A DNA stretch of 64,000 bases, from NCBI GenBank assembly GCA_050173015.1, contig JBFXLE010000010.1, positions 53,722 to 117,721 on the forward strand, given 5' to 3'. Under the pieces are notes generated by a model, which was not told the origin of the DNA, ran no database searches, and saw only the letters and a program-made list of their open reading frames with translations. Every line of letters begins with the position of its first letter. Within the stretch, counting starts at the first letter, position 1. Below, one piece after another: positions 49,719-59,703 of this stretch. Origin of the DNA: Calditrichaceae bacterium. Its GTDB lineage: Bacteria > Calditrichota > Calditrichia > Calditrichales > JBFXGD01. Made by a program: the position numbers and the translations under genes.

Positions 49719-51548
49719 ATGAATGACCGTGAACGTACAAATGATTTGTATGAGATTATTCCCGGTTATCCAAAGCCTCCATTAATTCCGCTGCCCGATT
49801 CTGCCAGGATGAATAATCCCGAAGGACTTGGATTAAAAAATCATTTCATTCCAAGACTGGTTCTTTCACTAACAAAAAAAATTCTTGGATTTGACGCTTT
49901 TTATAAGGAATTTTCCGCGGATCCTGAACCGGTCCTTCGGCGAAGCGATCTTCGTGAGCCGGGACTCTTTACTCCGGTGATTTCAGCGACATTGGCGTTA
50001 AAAGACGAACCGGGCGTCAATGATCCGTTTGCGCGAGCCGCAAAACTGATACTTGGAGCGCGCACCCTCTATCATGATATCATCACAGCAAGGCTAAAAC
50101 CCGATATACACCGCGACCAAATACTTGAAATGGGGCAATATCCCAATTTATTTTCGACATGTCAGGTTGTGGACGGACGTACGGCAAGAATATTTAAGAG
50201 TACTGAAAATTCACAGATTACGGTATTTGCAAACGGGCAGATTTACATTTTGAAAGTATGGCCCGCAAATGAACATCCTTCTGTAAACCGGCTTCGCGTT
50301 GCCCTTGAACACATTTCTTTAGATGCTCAAAATTTAACCGGGTATTCTCCCGGAATACTGACAGCCGCCTCCAACAAAACACAGTTCCGCGCGTTTAAAA
50401 AGCTGCGAAAAGCGGCAACCAACCGCGATTCACTTGAGATTATCAAGCACAGTTTCCTGACGATCTGCATCGATCTGAACGAGCAACCGGTTGACTATGC
50501 CGAGGCGGCCCGCATGATTCACAGCGGAAATTATACCAACCGCTGGTTTCATTCAAGCCTGCAAATTGTTGTATTCAGAAACGCAAAAGCGGGTATTATC
50601 TGCAATTTCAGTACATACCTGGACGGTAACACCATGGTTCGAGCCGCAGCCGAAATCTACTGTCGTTCGACGGAAATATATCCGGAAAATGAGAAAACAG
50701 TGAACTCTGAAAATCTGCCCCCTGCCGTTCGGTTAAATTGGGATTTTGATCCATCAATCCTTGAACCGGCAAAAAAAGATCTTCAATTCATCAACGACGA
50801 TCAGCGCGCGACCTTTGAAATATCCGGTATCGGGAAGGAGTTTTTTCAAAAACATCGTCTTGATCCGGTATCTTCATTTATCGTAGCATTGCAAACAGCT
50901 CTAAATTCACTGACCGGTAAAAAGGTGCGGATTGAACAATTTCTCGCCATGTCAAAGTTTCGCTGTATGTCCTTGGAAACCGCAATGGTCTCAACGCCCG
51001 AAGTTCTCAGAATGGCTGAACTTCTTTCGAAGAACTGCGACGGCGACGCGACAGAGATAACGATCCTGCAAGAAGCATTGACTTCCCAACGTCTTGTCTG
51101 CGGAAAAGCCCGGGAACATCTTTCGAGTCATATCATAATGGCGCTTTTTATCCGTTCAAAAAAGGGATTCAAACTTTTTGTGACCATGGTGATCGCTTCA
51201 ATTTCGATCCTTCTGCTCAGAATGCTTGGAATGTTTGATCTGCTGAACAGAGATGTGATTGTTTCTCATCCGCAGAATTTTTCGGAAGTTCCGATCGTCG
51301 GAAGACCGGGAATTCGATTGCCGTATATAAAATATTTAGGTTTGCATTATCATCTACTTGAGGACAGGATTCGTATAACCCTGATGCCTTCAGTCAGTTT
51401 TAAAATTCCGAATGAAAAAATAATCGAAACATTAAATCATAATTTGAAAAATTTAGTACGTTTTGTGGAAAGAAGAAATACCGCGGATACGATAAATGAA
51501 AAAGGCCCTGATCTTTACCGTCAGGGCCCAAAAAAAACTAAAACTTAA
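49719..51548 (+). CDS. Choline/carnitine O-acyltransferase-fold protein
   Basis: MGQYPNLFSTCQV, GILTAA, SLEIIKHSFLTICID, NRWFHSSLQIVV...AGIIC...DG, G.GKEFFQK..LDP.SSFIVALQ.A; start taken at ATG 49719. Confidence 0.75.
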   Translation: MNDRERTNDLYEIIPGYPKPPLIPLPDSARMNNPEGLGLKNHFIPRLVLSLTKKILGFDAFYKEFSADPEPVLRRSDLREPGLFTPVISATLALKDEPGVNDPFARAAKLILGARTLYHDIITARLKPDIHRDQILEMGQYPNLFSTCQVVDGRTARIFKSTENSQITVFANGQIYILKVWPANEHPSVNRLRVALEHISLDAQNLTGYSPGILTAASNKTQFRAFKKLRKAATNRDSLEIIKHSFLTICIDLNEQPVDYAEAARMIHSGNYTNRWFHSSLQIVVFRNAKAGIICNFSTYLDGNTMVRAAAEIYCRSTEIYPENEKTVNSENLPPAVRLNWDFDPSILEPAKKDLQFINDDQRATFEISGIGKEFFQKHRLDPVSSFIVALQTALNSLTGKKVRIEQFLAMSKFRCMSLETAMVSTPEVLRMAELLSKNCDGDATEITILQEALTSQRLVCGKAREHLSSHIIMALFIRSKKGFKLFVTMVIASISILLLRMLGMFDLLNRDVIVSHPQNFSEVPIVGRPGIRLPYIKYLGLHYHLLEDRIRITLMPSVSFKIPNEKIIETLNHNLKNLVRFVERRNTADTINEKGPDLYRQGPKKTKT

Positions 51549-53614
51549 AGCGCCTTTTTCCCTTCCAGTTCATCCGCCAGATCGGACGCGTCATATAATT
51601 TTCTCAATGCTTCAATCATATAAGATGAGTGCACGGCAACAGACCGGTTATTGGATTCATAGTAAATATATCTTCCGACGAGACTTTCGATATTTCCGTC
51701 AAAAATCAGGCCCACAAGCTCTGCTTTCTGATTGATCACCGGAGAACCCGAGTTCCCGCCGATTATATCGCAGCTGTTTACAAAATTCGCAGGTGTGCTC
51801 AGATCCAGCTTGTCTTTTCTTTCAATGAACCGTTTTGGCAGATTAAACGGCGGCTGGAAATCAAAGCTGTTCGCGCGATCATACAATCCGTACAACGTTG
51901 TTTTTGATGGCGCCATTGTTCCGTTCATTTCGTATCCTTCTACCTTACCGTATGAGAGTCGAAGGGTAAAATTAGCATCAGGATTGACAGATTTCCCATA
52001 CACGGCAAATCGCGCCCGGCCAAGTTTTTGTTCCGCGGCCGCTTCAACACTTTCAACTTTATCCTCTTTTTCCTTGTCCATAGCTCTGCTCATCGGATCA
52101 AGTTTTTTCGCCAGAGCAATCATCGGGTCGTCTGAGTTTTCTACTGCCTTTATGCCACCGTCAATCAGGGATTTGCGGAAAGCGGGATCCGCTATTTGCG
52201 TTCTGTCTATCAGGTCAGCGGCGACTTCTTCCGGGGATTTACCATTTAATACGATTTTTATAAACGGATCTTCTTCACCAAGATTTTCAAGTGACTGCAG
52301 TAATCCGTCTGCGAGCATTATTTTTTCTAACTCCGGATATGACGGAGCGGGCGATAGCAGATAAAAAAGAGAGGTTTCAAGCTGAGAATCATGAAATCCT
52401 TCCAGACGTTCACCATCCGGCTTATTTATCTCCGCGACATATTTTACAATGGTCTCAGCCATGCCAAACATTCTCGACCCGCTTACGGAACGGTATCGCA
52501 ATGATTTGAGCATTTCAACCATCGCATCTTCAGCGGCGGAAATTTCGTCCCACGCCTCTGCATATTCCTTTTTCCATTCGGGTTTACTGTTGACCAGCGC
52601 TTTAAATTCCGCTTCATCTTTTTTCTTCTTTTCCATTAAGGATTCATCAAGCAGCCCTTTGTACTCTCCGGACCATGCCTTAATCGCGTTACTTAGTCCA
52701 AAGATCTGTCCATTGGCCTGACGCGCCTGTTCCGGTCCCCGTTCGGAATATTTTTTTAACACTTCAATACGGCGATTAATCATACGCAACCGGTAAGGGT
52801 AAGAAAAATCACGCTGACGTTCCAGTTGGGCTACTGTTTGCAAACGATTGGTCGATCCCGGATTTCCCGGAACAAAGACCAGTTCTCCTTCACCGGCGCC
52901 GCCCGTATTCCATTTCAGATAATTTTTCGAATTAACGGGTTTACCGTTCTCATATACACGGACGATAGCCATATCCAAATCATACCTTGGATAGGTGAAA
53001 TTATCGAAATCCCCGCCGTAATACGCGGCCTGCATTTCCGGAGCGAACACAATCCGGACATCCGTGTATTTTTTATACCGGTAAAGCCAGTATTCTCCGC
53101 CCTGATACAAGGTGATCACATCCGACCGAAGTCCTGTTTTTTTCAGACTTTCCTTTTCAATTTTAGCCATTTCAGCCTTACGGGCCTCAAGCGCTTCCTG
53201 ATCAGTCATATTTTTTTTAACTGATTTATTGATACGGGCAGTGACATCTTCCATAGACACAAGAACATTCAGTTCGAGGTCTGTCGCCTTCAGTTCCTGG
53301 TCCATCGATCTCGCGTAATACCCGTCAACCACAAAATTTGCTTCAGCTGATGATAATTTCTGGAGCTGGCCGCGCGCGACATGATGGTTTGTCAAAACCA
53401 GGCCATTTGGACTTACAAATGAACCCGAACCACCATCGTTAAACCTGACACTGGACAACCTTACATGATCGAGCCACTCCTGTGTCGGCACAAAACCATA
53501 CCGTTCCTTTAGTTGTTTCATGGGTGGGTTATCAAAAGTCCACATCCCCTCATCGGCCTTAGCGGCAAAACTAAAAATCAATAATATCAATAAACTGAGC
53601 GCTGCATTTTTCAT
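51545..53614 (-). CDS. S46 family dipeptidyl peptidase (DPP7-like)
   Basis: ADEGMW, TNHHV, DIIGGNSGSP and FDGN; start taken at ATG 53614. Confidence 0.95.
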   Translation of the reverse strand: MKNAALSLLILLIFSFAAKADEGMWTFDNPPMKQLKERYGFVPTQEWLDHVRLSSVRFNDGGSGSFVSPNGLVLTNHHVARGQLQKLSSAEANFVVDGYYARSMDQELKATDLELNVLVSMEDVTARINKSVKKNMTDQEALEARKAEMAKIEKESLKKTGLRSDVITLYQGGEYWLYRYKKYTDVRIVFAPEMQAAYYGGDFDNFTYPRYDLDMAIVRVYENGKPVNSKNYLKWNTGGAGEGELVFVPGNPGSTNRLQTVAQLERQRDFSYPYRLRMINRRIEVLKKYSERGPEQARQANGQIFGLSNAIKAWSGEYKGLLDESLMEKKKKDEAEFKALVNSKPEWKKEYAEAWDEISAAEDAMVEMLKSLRYRSVSGSRMFGMAETIVKYVAEINKPDGERLEGFHDSQLETSLFYLLSPAPSYPELEKIMLADGLLQSLENLGEEDPFIKIVLNGKSPEEVAADLIDRTQIADPAFRKSLIDGGIKAVENSDDPMIALAKKLDPMSRAMDKEKEDKVESVEAAAEQKLGRARFAVYGKSVNPDANFTLRLSYGKVEGYEMNGTMAPSKTTLYGLYDRANSFDFQPPFNLPKRFIERKDKLDLSTPANFVNSCDIIGGNSGSPVINQKAELVGLIFDGNIESLVGRYIYYESNNRSVAVHSSYMIEALRKLYDASDLADELEGKKAL

Positions 53615-53752
53615 TACATCCCCTTGAAAACAATGACTGGTTCCATGCAGAATTCCTGAAAAATCGCATGATAATTTGAAAGTCTGCACATACATTATCA
53701 AATCTTGTACTTACGTTTTATTAACCAGAAAGTTGCGCGAAACACATCTTTC

Positions 53753-54922
53753 CTACCGGGTTGTATTCATTTTTTTCATCATTTCCGCTACCGCGTCTTT
53801 GTGAACCATAAAGCTAAGCATCTTCAGTTTGATAAAATCATCCCTGAAAAAATAATACCCTTTATGGTCTCCGTTATACGCGCTGGAACCCGAATCTTTT
53901 ATGAGAAACCAGTCATGACCAAATTTACTTGTATATCCGACCAGATGTATTCCATGATCATCCGTTGACGTTTTATTATAAAACCGGTATTCCCGTGAAT
54001 TTTGATTTATATCTTTTTGTGAAAGATCCCAGGGTACAATTAGAGCAATATCATTCTCGCCGCTTTTGCCGGCTTCACTGACATCGCCGCCAATCGCAAT
54101 CGTATATCCGTTTTTGACGGCATTTTTTATGCGGCTGTAAAACTCATCGAGCGGAATATTATAATAATTTTGACAATGCCACCAGTTATCCGGCACTTCA
54201 TATTCACCAGCGGTATAAAACGGGATCTTGAGCGTGGACATAAAATCCACATAATCGTCCGGATTAATTCTTACCACTTTTTGCATAAATGTCATCGGAT
54301 TGTAACTCTGTTCCTCATACACAAATTCTGTCGGAGGTTCGCCGATATATTTGTTTAGAATCTGCCTGATGGTACTCAAAACAACGGTCTCATCCCAGTA
54401 TTCGTTCTTTTTTACAAATGTCAGATAATCGTTCATTTCTTTGAACATTGGTTCGTGATTGTGCTTTTGCAATCCATTGATAAGCCCTGTATAAACATCC
54501 GAGGGCACGCATCCGTACTGTTTCATGCGCAGCAGGGTGGCGTTCTGTTCCGACCCTTCGCCAAATTCGGAATCCCCTTTTTCCCGGACAAATCGGCGCG
54601 CCTTTTCAATATATTCCCAGTAGGCGATATACATTTCGGATAGTTTAACTTTGCCGTATCCCTGTCTTGCCATTTCTGACTCAATAAATGAAATGCTTGA
54701 AAAAGCCCAGCATGTTCCGGTGGTGTCCTGCCTTATGGGGTCAAAGTGAAATATTTTTTTAAAATCATTCAGGGAAGGCTTTTTTACATCTTTAAAATCG
54801 GTAGTAAGAATCGTCTTCTCTTTGCCCCAGACAACTTTTTTTCTGTACTCAGCGTTTCCCTGGGCTGACAGAGATGAAGTTAACATTAGTACTAAGATTA
54901 AAACAGATATAGTACGCATCAT
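53753..54922 (-). CDS. C1 family cysteine peptidase (aminopeptidase C-like)
   Basis: QDTTGTCWAFS, DDHGIHLVG and WFLIKDSG. Confidence 0.9.
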   Translation of the reverse strand: MMRTISVLILVLMLTSSLSAQGNAEYRKKVVWGKEKTILTTDFKDVKKPSLNDFKKIFHFDPIRQDTTGTCWAFSSISFIESEMARQGYGKVKLSEMYIAYWEYIEKARRFVREKGDSEFGEGSEQNATLLRMKQYGCVPSDVYTGLINGLQKHNHEPMFKEMNDYLTFVKKNEYWDETVVLSTIRQILNKYIGEPPTEFVYEEQSYNPMTFMQKVVRINPDDYVDFMSTLKIPFYTAGEYEVPDNWWHCQNYYNIPLDEFYSRIKNAVKNGYTIAIGGDVSEAGKSGENDIALIVPWDLSQKDINQNSREYRFYNKTSTDDHGIHLVGYTSKFGHDWFLIKDSGSSAYNGDHKGYYFFRDDFIKLKMLSFMVHKDAVAEMMKKMNTTR

Positions 54923-55120
54923 GGACCTCCCGTTTTTTTTAATGCGGTCATTTTTTAATCAACATAAAATATAGTCTTTAATCTATTTCAATTCAAAATT
55001 TCCGGGATTTTCCGGAAAATATAAGGCAACCTGATAATTACATCACTATATTTAGAAAAATGTTCTGTAAAATAGAGTCATCAAGATAATCCTTGCCATA
55101 ATTTTAAGTACGGTTTATAT

Positions 55121-55699
55121 TTGAAAACAACCTTAAAAACGGCCCCGGAGGCACTTATGCAAGAAGACACTTATTGGTCTAACATCTTCAAAAAAGAGAA
55201 AAAACAGGCTGACAACATCTACACTGTTTTGAAAGAAATTCCAATATTTCATGAGCTTGACAAAAAAGAATTACGAGCCGTAGAACGCATTTTACATCGA
55301 CGGACGTACAAAATTGATGAAATAATTTTTAATGAAACCGAGCCCGGAGTGGGTATGTTTATCATTCAGTCGGGGAAGGTCAATGTTACTCTTGGAAAAG
55401 AAAAAAAGCTACTGGCCACTCTCGGCAAAGGCGATTTTTTTGGTGAAATGGCTCTTCTGCTTGAAGGTCCCAGAACGGCAAGCGTAACAGCGATTGAGCC
55501 GGCTGTAATGCTTGGGTTTTTCCAGCCCGATCTTTTTAATTTATTGGAGACGAGTCCTCATACCGGTAACAAAATTCTTCAGAAACTCGCCCAGATGATC
55601 GCGGAACGTCTGCGCGTCACCACCATCGAAAACCGTCAACTGAAATTAAAATTAAACGAATATGAGCAGCAAATTGAAGAACTGAAAAAGGAAAACTAA
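55121..55699 (+). CDS. Cyclic nucleotide-binding domain protein
   Basis: GDFFGEMALL...PRTASV; no HTH. Confidence 0.88.
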   Translation: MKTTLKTAPEALMQEDTYWSNIFKKEKKQADNIYTVLKEIPIFHELDKKELRAVERILHRRTYKIDEIIFNETEPGVGMFIIQSGKVNVTLGKEKKLLATLGKGDFFGEMALLLEGPRTASVTAIEPAVMLGFFQPDLFNLLETSPHTGNKILQKLAQMIAERLRVTTIENRQLKLKLNEYEQQIEELKKEN

Positions 55700-56737
55700 A
55701 TGGATTATACAGTCGGACGATTTATCAAATTCATCGTCATAATTATGTTTCTGGCGGCGATCGGATGGCTTCTTTTGACTTTAAGATCCACTATTACCAT
55801 ACTTCTGGTATCAGGTCTGCTCGCCTATATTCTTGATCCCATTGCCAGTTATTTTGAATTAAAGGGTATGTCCCGTACACAGGCGACAATCGTCATTTTC
55901 CTGATAATTGTCATATTTTTTGCAACAATGGGTTATTTTTTAGTGCCCCGACTGATTGTTGAACTCAGCAATATTCAGAAAGGCATTCAGTCGGATCTGG
56001 TCGCGTCGTTTATTTTGAAAATCGAAGAAATGATTCAGGAAAACATCCCTATACTCGCCGGACAGGAATTGGGGCTTGAGGACAGTATAAATTCAATGTT
56101 ATCCTCTTTTTCCGGAACATTTTTTTCCCATATTCTGGATATGGTTTCGCTTGTCACTACCCTGGTAATTATTCCGTTTGCGGTGTTTTTTTTGTTAAAA
56201 GACGGCCGGAGTATGAAAAAGGCTTTTGTCAACATTATACCAAACAGATATTTCGAAATGATTCTGAACATGATTTATAAAACAGATCTTCAGCTTGGAG
56301 GCTATCTGCGCGGTCAATTTTTTGACGCGATGATTATTGGCGCTTTATCTATTATTGCTCTCTGGACACTTAATGTAAATTACTTCATCCTTATCGGCGT
56401 GTTTGCGGGGCTTGCCAACATGATCCCGTATGTCGGTCCTTTAGTGGGGGCAGTGGCCGCTATTGTGGTGGTAATGATGAATGGCGGTGACGGGCAGAGT
56501 ATTTTAATGGTAGGCGCCGCGTTCGCCATCATTCAGCTCATCGATAATGTTGTAATTCAACCGCTTGTTGTCGCAAAAAGTGTGGACATGCATCCGCTGC
56601 TTGTTATTTTTGCAGTTGTGATCGGGGGACAGTTTTTTGGCATAATCGGGATGCTTCTGGCTGTACCGGCAACCGGTATTACCAAAGTTGTCCTTCAGGA
56701 ACTTTATAAGAGTATCCGCAAATATAATCTTATATAA
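55700..56737 (+). CDS. AI-2E family transporter
   Basis: LAYILDP, GYLRGQ, IPYVGP, QLIDN..IQP and GMLLAVP. Confidence 0.9.
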   Translation: MDYTVGRFIKFIVIIMFLAAIGWLLLTLRSTITILLVSGLLAYILDPIASYFELKGMSRTQATIVIFLIIVIFFATMGYFLVPRLIVELSNIQKGIQSDLVASFILKIEEMIQENIPILAGQELGLEDSINSMLSSFSGTFFSHILDMVSLVTTLVIIPFAVFFLLKDGRSMKKAFVNIIPNRYFEMILNMIYKTDLQLGGYLRGQFFDAMIIGALSIIALWTLNVNYFILIGVFAGLANMIPYVGPLVGAVAAIVVVMMNGGDGQSILMVGAAFAIIQLIDNVVIQPLVVAKSVDMHPLLVIFAVVIGGQFFGIIGMLLAVPATGITKVVLQELYKSIRKYNLI

Positions 56738-56800
56738 GGATTATTTCCCGGCCACTCGTTTTGCAATTAATTGATTCATGTCCATCAATGGAGTTTAGAT

Positions 56801-57547
56801 ATGCATTGGACAGAAGATTTTTTTGATGAATATTATTTAAAGTCAATTGACAGGATCACCGGAAAGGAACAAACCGATTCGGAAGTCAACTTTCTCATCG
56901 AGCATTCGGAAATAGATAGGGACGGTCTTATCCTGGATCTTGCCTGCGGTCACGGAAGACATGCTATTGAACTCGCCGGACGAGGCTTTACTCATGTCAC
57001 CGGAATGGATCTTGCCATTCAATTTTTAAATATGGCAAAAGAAAATGCCGCCGCGTTGTCAAATCCTCCTCAATTTATTCATAAAAATATGAACGATTTT
57101 GAAGAAACGGATAAGTATGATTTAATTTACAGTCTGTTTTCTTCCTTGTTTTATTTTGACGATAAGCGTAATCTCGAAATTCTAAAGCGCGTTCATGCAG
57201 GGTTAAATCGCGATGGATATCTGATTATTGACTATTTCAACCCTATTGAATTTTTAAAACGAAACAGGAAAAGAAACTGGTTTTTTACCAGCGATGAGTA
57301 TTTAATCCTTGATGAAATATCCCACAATCCTATTTCCGGCATCATAACCAACGAACGACAGATTATAACACCGGAGGGGAAACGGATTAAAAGGATGTTT
57401 CATGTGCGTGATTATACTGTCGCCGAACTTCGATATCATCTTGAAAATATCGGATTTGAGATTATCAATGTTTTTGGGAATTTTGACAGCTCTCCCTTCA
57501 CGATCCGTTCCCCGCGTCAGATATTTGTAATGAAAAAAACAATATAG
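56801..57547 (+). CDS. Class I SAM-dependent methyltransferase
   Basis: ILDLACGHGRH; ATG 56801 with GGAG RBS. Confidence 0.88.
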   Translation: MHWTEDFFDEYYLKSIDRITGKEQTDSEVNFLIEHSEIDRDGLILDLACGHGRHAIELAGRGFTHVTGMDLAIQFLNMAKENAAALSNPPQFIHKNMNDFEETDKYDLIYSLFSSLFYFDDKRNLEILKRVHAGLNRDGYLIIDYFNPIEFLKRNRKRNWFFTSDEYLILDEISHNPISGIITNERQIITPEGKRIKRMFHVRDYTVAELRYHLENIGFEIINVFGNFDSSPFTIRSPRQIFVMKKTI

Positions 57548-57565
57548 CCGAGTTAGGAAATTAGC

Positions 57566-57970
57566 ATGCAGGAGCAGGAGAATAAACAATCCTTATATGA
57601 ATTTATACCGATTCTGACATTTGTCATCAGTTTTTTTATTTTTGAGATTTTTGACTGGATGGTGGCGACTAAATTTATCTTAGCGGTAATGTTAAGTCTT
57701 GTCGCTTTTATTATTATGATGCTCGAATTGAAACAGGAAAAAAGAATTAAACCCATACAAGCCGGGAAATTACACTTTTATACCGGCTTACTTTCATTTA
57801 TCGCCATTTTAATCTTTTTTAGCGGATTTTTACACTGGTACAAAATGATATCCAATTTTTCCCGTACGGGAATCCTTCTTGGATTGGTCTTAGTCTATTT
57901 TATTCTGTTATTTCGTTCCATGCGTTTTCTTTCTTTTTATAACAGAACACTGGAATCCAAGGATAAATAA
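57566..57970 (+). CDS. Hypothetical 4-TM membrane protein
   Basis: Four hydrophobic segments; co-oriented within the operon. Confidence 0.6.
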   Translation: MQEQENKQSLYEFIPILTFVISFFIFEIFDWMVATKFILAVMLSLVAFIIMMLELKQEKRIKPIQAGKLHFYTGLLSFIAILIFFSGFLHWYKMISNFSRTGILLGLVLVYFILLFRSMRFLSFYNRTLESKDK

Positions 57971-58045
57971 TTTCCGGCCTTTCTTTGGTAATTTTTGAAT
58001 CCCGTCTATCTTTGTTTATCCGGCGAATTAATTTCAGGGGGTTTT

Positions 58046-58372
58046 ATGGTTTTATTAGAGTTTACAATGAGTCCGCTTGATAAAGGAGAAAGCCTTTCTC
58101 CTTATGTTGCCCGAATTCTGGATATTATTGATAAGAGTGGCGTAACTTATCAGTTGAATGCCATGGCAACGATTCTCGAAGGGGAATATACCGAAGTCAT
58201 GGACGTTGTAAGAAAATGTTTTCTGGAACTGGAAAAGGACTGTACGCGTATTTCAATATCTGCTAAAATTGATTACCGTAAAGGCAGTGAAAGTCGGCTG
58301 AAAAGCAAAACAGATCGGATAGAAAATATTCTGGGACGCAAATTAAGCATATTAGGGAAGGAAATTCCATGA
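58046..58372 (+). CDS. MTH1187/thiamine-binding family protein
   Basis: LLEFTMSPL.KGESLSPYVA...SGV.Y.L.AM.TILEG; start taken at ATG 58046. Confidence 0.85.
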   Translation: MVLLEFTMSPLDKGESLSPYVARILDIIDKSGVTYQLNAMATILEGEYTEVMDVVRKCFLELEKDCTRISISAKIDYRKGSESRLKSKTDRIENILGRKLSILGKEIP

Positions 58373-59703
58373 TTCTCGGCAGATTAATAGTTGTTCTTTT
58401 ATCTATTATAATTATAAATCATGTTAACGGACAAAGTCTCAACGATCAAATCCGGCAAGCCAGGGAGAGGGTGTTCCCGGCGCTGGTGCATATACAGCCC
58501 GTAAAGGAAATTTTTTCATCAGGCGAGAAACGAAAAGTTCAGGTAACCGGCAGCGGGGTGATTTTTAGCCGGGACGGGTATGTGCTGACCAATAATCATG
58601 TCGCGGAAAAGGCGAGATTCGTGAGATGCACCCTGTCTTCCAAAATAGAGCTTGAGGCTGAAGTTGTCGGTCTTGATCCCTGGACTGATCTTGCCGTGCT
58701 GAAATTAGATCTGGCACAGGCAGGTCTTACCTCCGTCCCGTATGCGGAATTCGGCGAAAGCGACCGTCTCGAAGTCGGTCAAATTGTGCTTGCTCTGGGT
58801 TCGCCGCTGGGCCTGGCGCGCTCATTATCGATGGGTGTCATCAGCTCCATTGACCGCTACTTTTCAGACGTTGGGGAGATGATTTCCCCCTTTAATCTGT
58901 GGATCCAGACAGACGCCGCGATCAATCCCGGAAACAGCGGTGGCCCGCTGGTCGATCTGGATGGAAAAGTTATCGGGATTAATGCCCGCGCCGTTGTATT
59001 TGGAGAGAATCTCGGTTTTGCCATCCCGATCAATACCGCGCGTTATGTGATAAATCAGCTTCTGGATCATGGAGAAGTTCAACGTTCATGGATTGGGATC
59101 GAATGGCAGGAAATCAAGGAATACCGAAAATATAAAAATCAGCCCGATCTTCAAGGTGTGCTTATCGCTTCCGTCGATCAAAATTCTCCCGCCGATTCAG
59201 CGGGTCTGGAACCCGGAGATGTGATCACAGGGATTAACGGAAAACCGGTTTCAGCAGTTTACCAGGAAGAACTCCCTAAGCTCCGTTTACTCGTATCAAA
59301 TCTACCGATTGACAGTGAAATCAGCTTTGATGTAATCCATAAGGGAAGTAATAAATCTATAAAAGTGATCTCCAGAAAACAGGGAAAATTCAGCGGCTCA
59401 GAATTTCAATGTGATGAATGGGGTCTTTCGGTACAGGAAATTACACCGCGTATTGTCAGAAATTTTCAAATGGATTCAGAACGGGGTGTGCTTATCTCCG
59501 GAATACGCCGCGGCAGCAAGGCTGATGAAGCCGATATCAACCGGGGATTTGTCCTGGTTTCTATCGACGGCGTCGAAGTAACTGATCTGGATGATTTTAA
59601 AATAAAGTATGAGCGGATTCTTTCAGATGACGGTAAACCCCATATGTTGTTTCTGAAATTTGGCCAGCGGAACCGTTATGCCCTGATAAAAGGAGACGAA
59701 TAG
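58369..59703 (+). CDS. HtrA/DegP-like serine protease with two PDZ domains
   Basis: TNNHV, TDLAVL and TDAAINPGNSGGP. Confidence 0.93.
   Translation: MILGRLIVVLLSIIIINHVNGQSLNDQIRQARERVFPALVHIQPVKEIFSSGEKRKVQVTGSGVIFSRDGYVLTNNHVAEKARFVRCTLSSKIELEAEVVGLDPWTDLAVLKLDLAQAGLTSVPYAEFGESDRLEVGQIVLALGSPLGLARSLSMGVISSIDRYFSDVGEMISPFNLWIQTDAAINPGNSGGPLVDLDGKVIGINARAVVFGENLGFAIPINTARYVINQLLDHGEVQRSWIGIEWQEIKEYRKYKNQPDLQGVLIASVDQNSPADSAGLEPGDVITGINGKPVSAVYQEELPKLRLLVSNLPIDSEISFDVIHKGSNKSIKVISRKQGKFSGSEFQCDEWGLSVQEITPRIVRNFQMDSERGVLISGIRRGSKADEADINRGFVLVSIDGVEVTDLDDFKIKYERILSDDGKPHMLFLKFGQRNRYALIKGDE

Noticed and set aside
49253-51548. Integrative element at tRNA-Val
   Set aside because: No integrase and no duplicated tRNA 3' end (att repeat) seen downstream in the window.
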